Source: Oopsacas minuta
Lineage: Eukaryota > Animalia > Porifera
Length of the DNA stretch: 64,000 nucleotides
Assembly: GCA_024704765.1 (NCBI GenBank)
Contig: JAKMXF010000295.1
Coordinates: 62,001-126,000 of the forward strand
Direction: 5' to 3'
Shown one piece after another: positions 61,165 to 64,000 of the stretch (position 1 is the first letter of the stretch; every line of letters begins with the position of its first letter). Under the pieces are notes generated by a model, which was given only the letters and a program-made list of their open reading frames with translations, did not search any database and had not been told where the DNA came from. Made by a program: the position numbers and the translations under genes.

Positions 61165-62037
61165 TTGCCTCGATCTGGAAGATCAATATCCGCTACCACT
61201 TCAAAACATATCACACTCATTGAAAGTACGGTCATGGAAGAGAAGTACATTACTGTCAATCAGTTAGAACAAAATATGGAGATTTCATCGGGAGCTATTC
61301 ATACAACTCTGACGACTGAGCTTGGCTACCGATCGATTTGTGGGAAATGGGTCCCGCATAAGCTCAGTGAGAATCAAAGGTTGGCATGACTGAATATTGC
61401 CAAGAAACTCTTGGAAACCTATGAGAACTGCGATTCTAGACGCCTAACAGAGATTATTACTGGTGACGAGACATGGGTGTACTATTCAACACCCTATAGC
61501 AAGTATAAGAAGCGATCATGGATGAGGAGCGACGAACAACCAGCGAAAATTCCTAGGCCCGACTTCAGAAAACCTGAGATTATGTATACCATCTTCTTCA
61601 GTAGTCATGGAATTGTCGCAATTACCTTGTGAGATTGGCAAAGCTGTTACTGCAACTTTCTTTACAGAGCAACTGCTTCCAAATTTGATAAAAAATATAG
61701 AAAGTACTGCCCGAAAATCGGAACTCGAAGATTGAAGATTTTAATTGATAACGCCAGTTCCAATACAGCTAAGCTTACCAAAAATTTCTTGGATGTCGAA
61801 GGGTTAGAATTACTTCCCCATCCACCATACTCACCAGACCTAGCTCCTTGTGATTTTGGCTATTCCCCAAGCTTAAAATCTACCTCCAAGGTCAAGATTT
61901 TAACACACTACAATCTCTCGGAACGGGCCTGTACCAGTACTTCAAATCCATCCCCGAAGAAGAGTACAGGAATGTGTTTACAAGTGGGTTGAAAGGTTAA
62001 AACTTGTGTATCCGAAGGAGGGGGTTACTTGGAATAA
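61165..62037 (+). pseudogene. mariner (DD34D) transposase relic
   Basis: RSGR, KWVPHKL, ITGDETW, IDNASSN, HPPYSPDLAPCDF; 34 residues counted between D2 and D3. Stops and frameshifts present, N-terminus missing. Confidence 0.9.
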
Positions 62038-62491
62038 ATTATGTTGTGAATGCGTGTATTTAGTGTTTGTACTCCCTTCTATGTTACCACCCGGAAGTAT
62101 TAATGAACGTTCTGGTACAAATCGAGTGATTTTACTAGCTATGTTGTATCTCTAGTAGATGAAAAGAGCGGGAGCGAACCCCAGCTCCGAGGATCACAAG
62201 AGTCTACAACGTATCTGAACCTACATTTCTTATTTAGTAAAGTATGTATTACCTGTTTTGAGTTAGTCAAACTTCCACTCTCGGCCCGTACGAAAAGCTT
62301 AGCTCAGGAAAAACTGTGCCTAATGTATATATCATCTGATCTAAGTCACTTTCTCAGAAATTTCAAGATTAGTATACTCTCCTACTCGGCCATTGTTTAA
62401 TACAAATCTGGCCGATCGTTCTTTTACAGGTTGATATTTGTGATGATATTGTATAATTGACGAGAATTTGCAAGCTACAAGAATATAATAA

Positions 62492-64000
62492 CCCAGCCCA
62501 ACAGAAATGAAATAAATTTTGGTGCCTCAGAATCTAGGCCTATTTTAGAGTATACTTGATCTGCTGATTTCAAAACTACCATCGGCTTTGCTCCATCAGC
62601 TCTAGTTTATAAGATAGACTATATTTCTTAAAATTCTGATTCGCCTTAATTGTGGTACTCCATTTGGGATTTTACACTGACTATTTTATGTTTCTTTAGT
62701 AATTCATAACAATTTTGTGCCTGACTCAAGTCCTGAATTATATTATCATTTATTATTGATTCCATTTCAGATACTAAGTAGTTATTATTGTATTTCATGG
62801 CTTCGTGGCGAAGAAGTTGTTTGAATAACCCAGATGTATTCTGTCATATTTGTGGTAGCTATACTATGTGAGACAGCGGAAACCTATTTCTGAATTTGTT
62901 AAGAAGGCATATCTTGCTATTTTGGAGTCAGGCTTGGAGACCAAGATAGACTATGGGCCCCGCACATAGTATGTAAAACTTGTACATAGCATCTGCGGCA
63001 ATGGGCAGTTTGTACGAGAAGAAGTCTGAAGTTTGTTATACCTATGGTTTGGAGGGAGCCAAAACAACATTATGATGATTGTTACTTCTGTATTGTGAAC
63101 ATCAAGGGTATCAATCGAAGGAATAAGAACAATTGGACATATCCTGACCTAGAATCAGCGAAACGACCTGTTCCACACTCAGAAGAGGTGCCCATTCCGG
63201 CTTCGAACTTTCATCTAAATGATTCAGATATTCCTCATGAAGCAGAAGTAAATTCGAGTGATAGCGATTTTGAAAATACTTCATCAATGGCCCCTCCCCC
63301 CAACATTTTGATCAACTTGAACTGAATGATCTGATTCAGGATCTCGACCTCTCGAAAGAATCTTCTGAAGTGCTGGCATCCAGGTTGAATGACAAAAATT
63401 TACTTCATCCTGGAGCCAAGATTACATATTATCGTAACAGAGAAAAGTCCTTACTGCCATACATTTCCAACGACAATGGTCTAGTTTGGTGCAATAATGT
63501 TAGAGGTCTTTTAGGAGTAATGGGCGTACCAGAATACAGGCCAAATGAATGGCGTCTTTTTATTGACAGTTCTACTAGGAGTTTGAAATGTGTTTGCTCC
63601 ATAATTAGAACAAATATACTTCTATTCCAATTGGTCACTCAACCAACATGAAGGAGGAGTATGAGTCAATCAAACTGGTTCTGGAGAAACTGAAATATCA
63701 TGTCTATCAATGGGTGATTTGTGTTGACTTAAAGATGGTTAATTTCCTCCTTGGTCAGCAGAGTGGCTACACAAATACCCATGCTTCCTTAGTCTTTGGG
63801 ATAGCCGAGCAAGAAATGACCACTGGACGAGAATGAGTGGCCCTTGAGAAAGAATATGATAATGGGAGAAATAAAGATCACTAACAAACCTCTGATTAAA
63901 ACAGGGACTAGATCATTCTGCCACCACTGCATATCAAACTGTGCCTCATGAAACAATTCGTCAAGGCTTAGAATAAAGATGGTTCCTGCTTCCATTACTT
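62492..64000 (+). mobile_element. Second Chapaev3-like transposon, running off the window end
   Basis: Left end CCCAGCCCAACAG (cf. CACTGCTCAACAG at 30249). Relic ORF from 62797: CLNNPDVFCHICG, MVWREP...DDCYFC, LFIDSS..SLKCV, ICVDLKMV, GQQSGYT, PLHIKL..MKQFVKA. Confidence 0.78.

Noticed and set aside
3865-63995. Numerous short ORFs antisense to or overlapping transposase frames (e.g. 3865-4146, 23895-24122, 28901-29215, 43495-43824, 56673-56966)
   Set aside because: Shadow ORFs of the real coding strand with no independent motifs.

Overview
AT-rich eukaryotic (probably invertebrate metazoan) DNA that is almost entirely a nested graveyard of class II DNA transposons. I found no recognisable host gene, RNA gene, CRISPR array or reverse transcriptase, and the organism cannot be named from the sequence. 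Elements supported by transposase motifs and/or TIR plus TSD: one PIF/Harbinger (nuclease + Myb/SANT ORFs); two ZMYM1-like hATs with perfect 8-bp TSDs plus a fragment; two Buster/Charlie hATs; pogo/Tigger; maT (DD37D); Tc1 (DD34E); two mariner relics; two Chapaev3-like elements; two RAG1-core-like Transib transposases; and many MITEs. The main highlight is a complete Transib element at 54494-57383. It has a 5-bp TSD (ATTCG), exact V(D)J RSS heptamer termini (CACAGTG), and a second shared 12-bp motif placed 14 nt (left) versus 23 nt (right) from the heptamer, an asymmetric RSS-like TIR pair on an element with no RAG2-like ORF. Other leads: three elements broken only or mainly by 1-nt homopolymer deletions (possibly intact in vivo); a 3.3-kb long-inverted-repeat unit carrying an unassigned decayed ORF; tyrosine-recombinase-like relics; a 2A-like/OTU-like relic; and an inverted duplication of a Buster 3' end. 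All family assignments come from reading motifs by eye, not from database searches.
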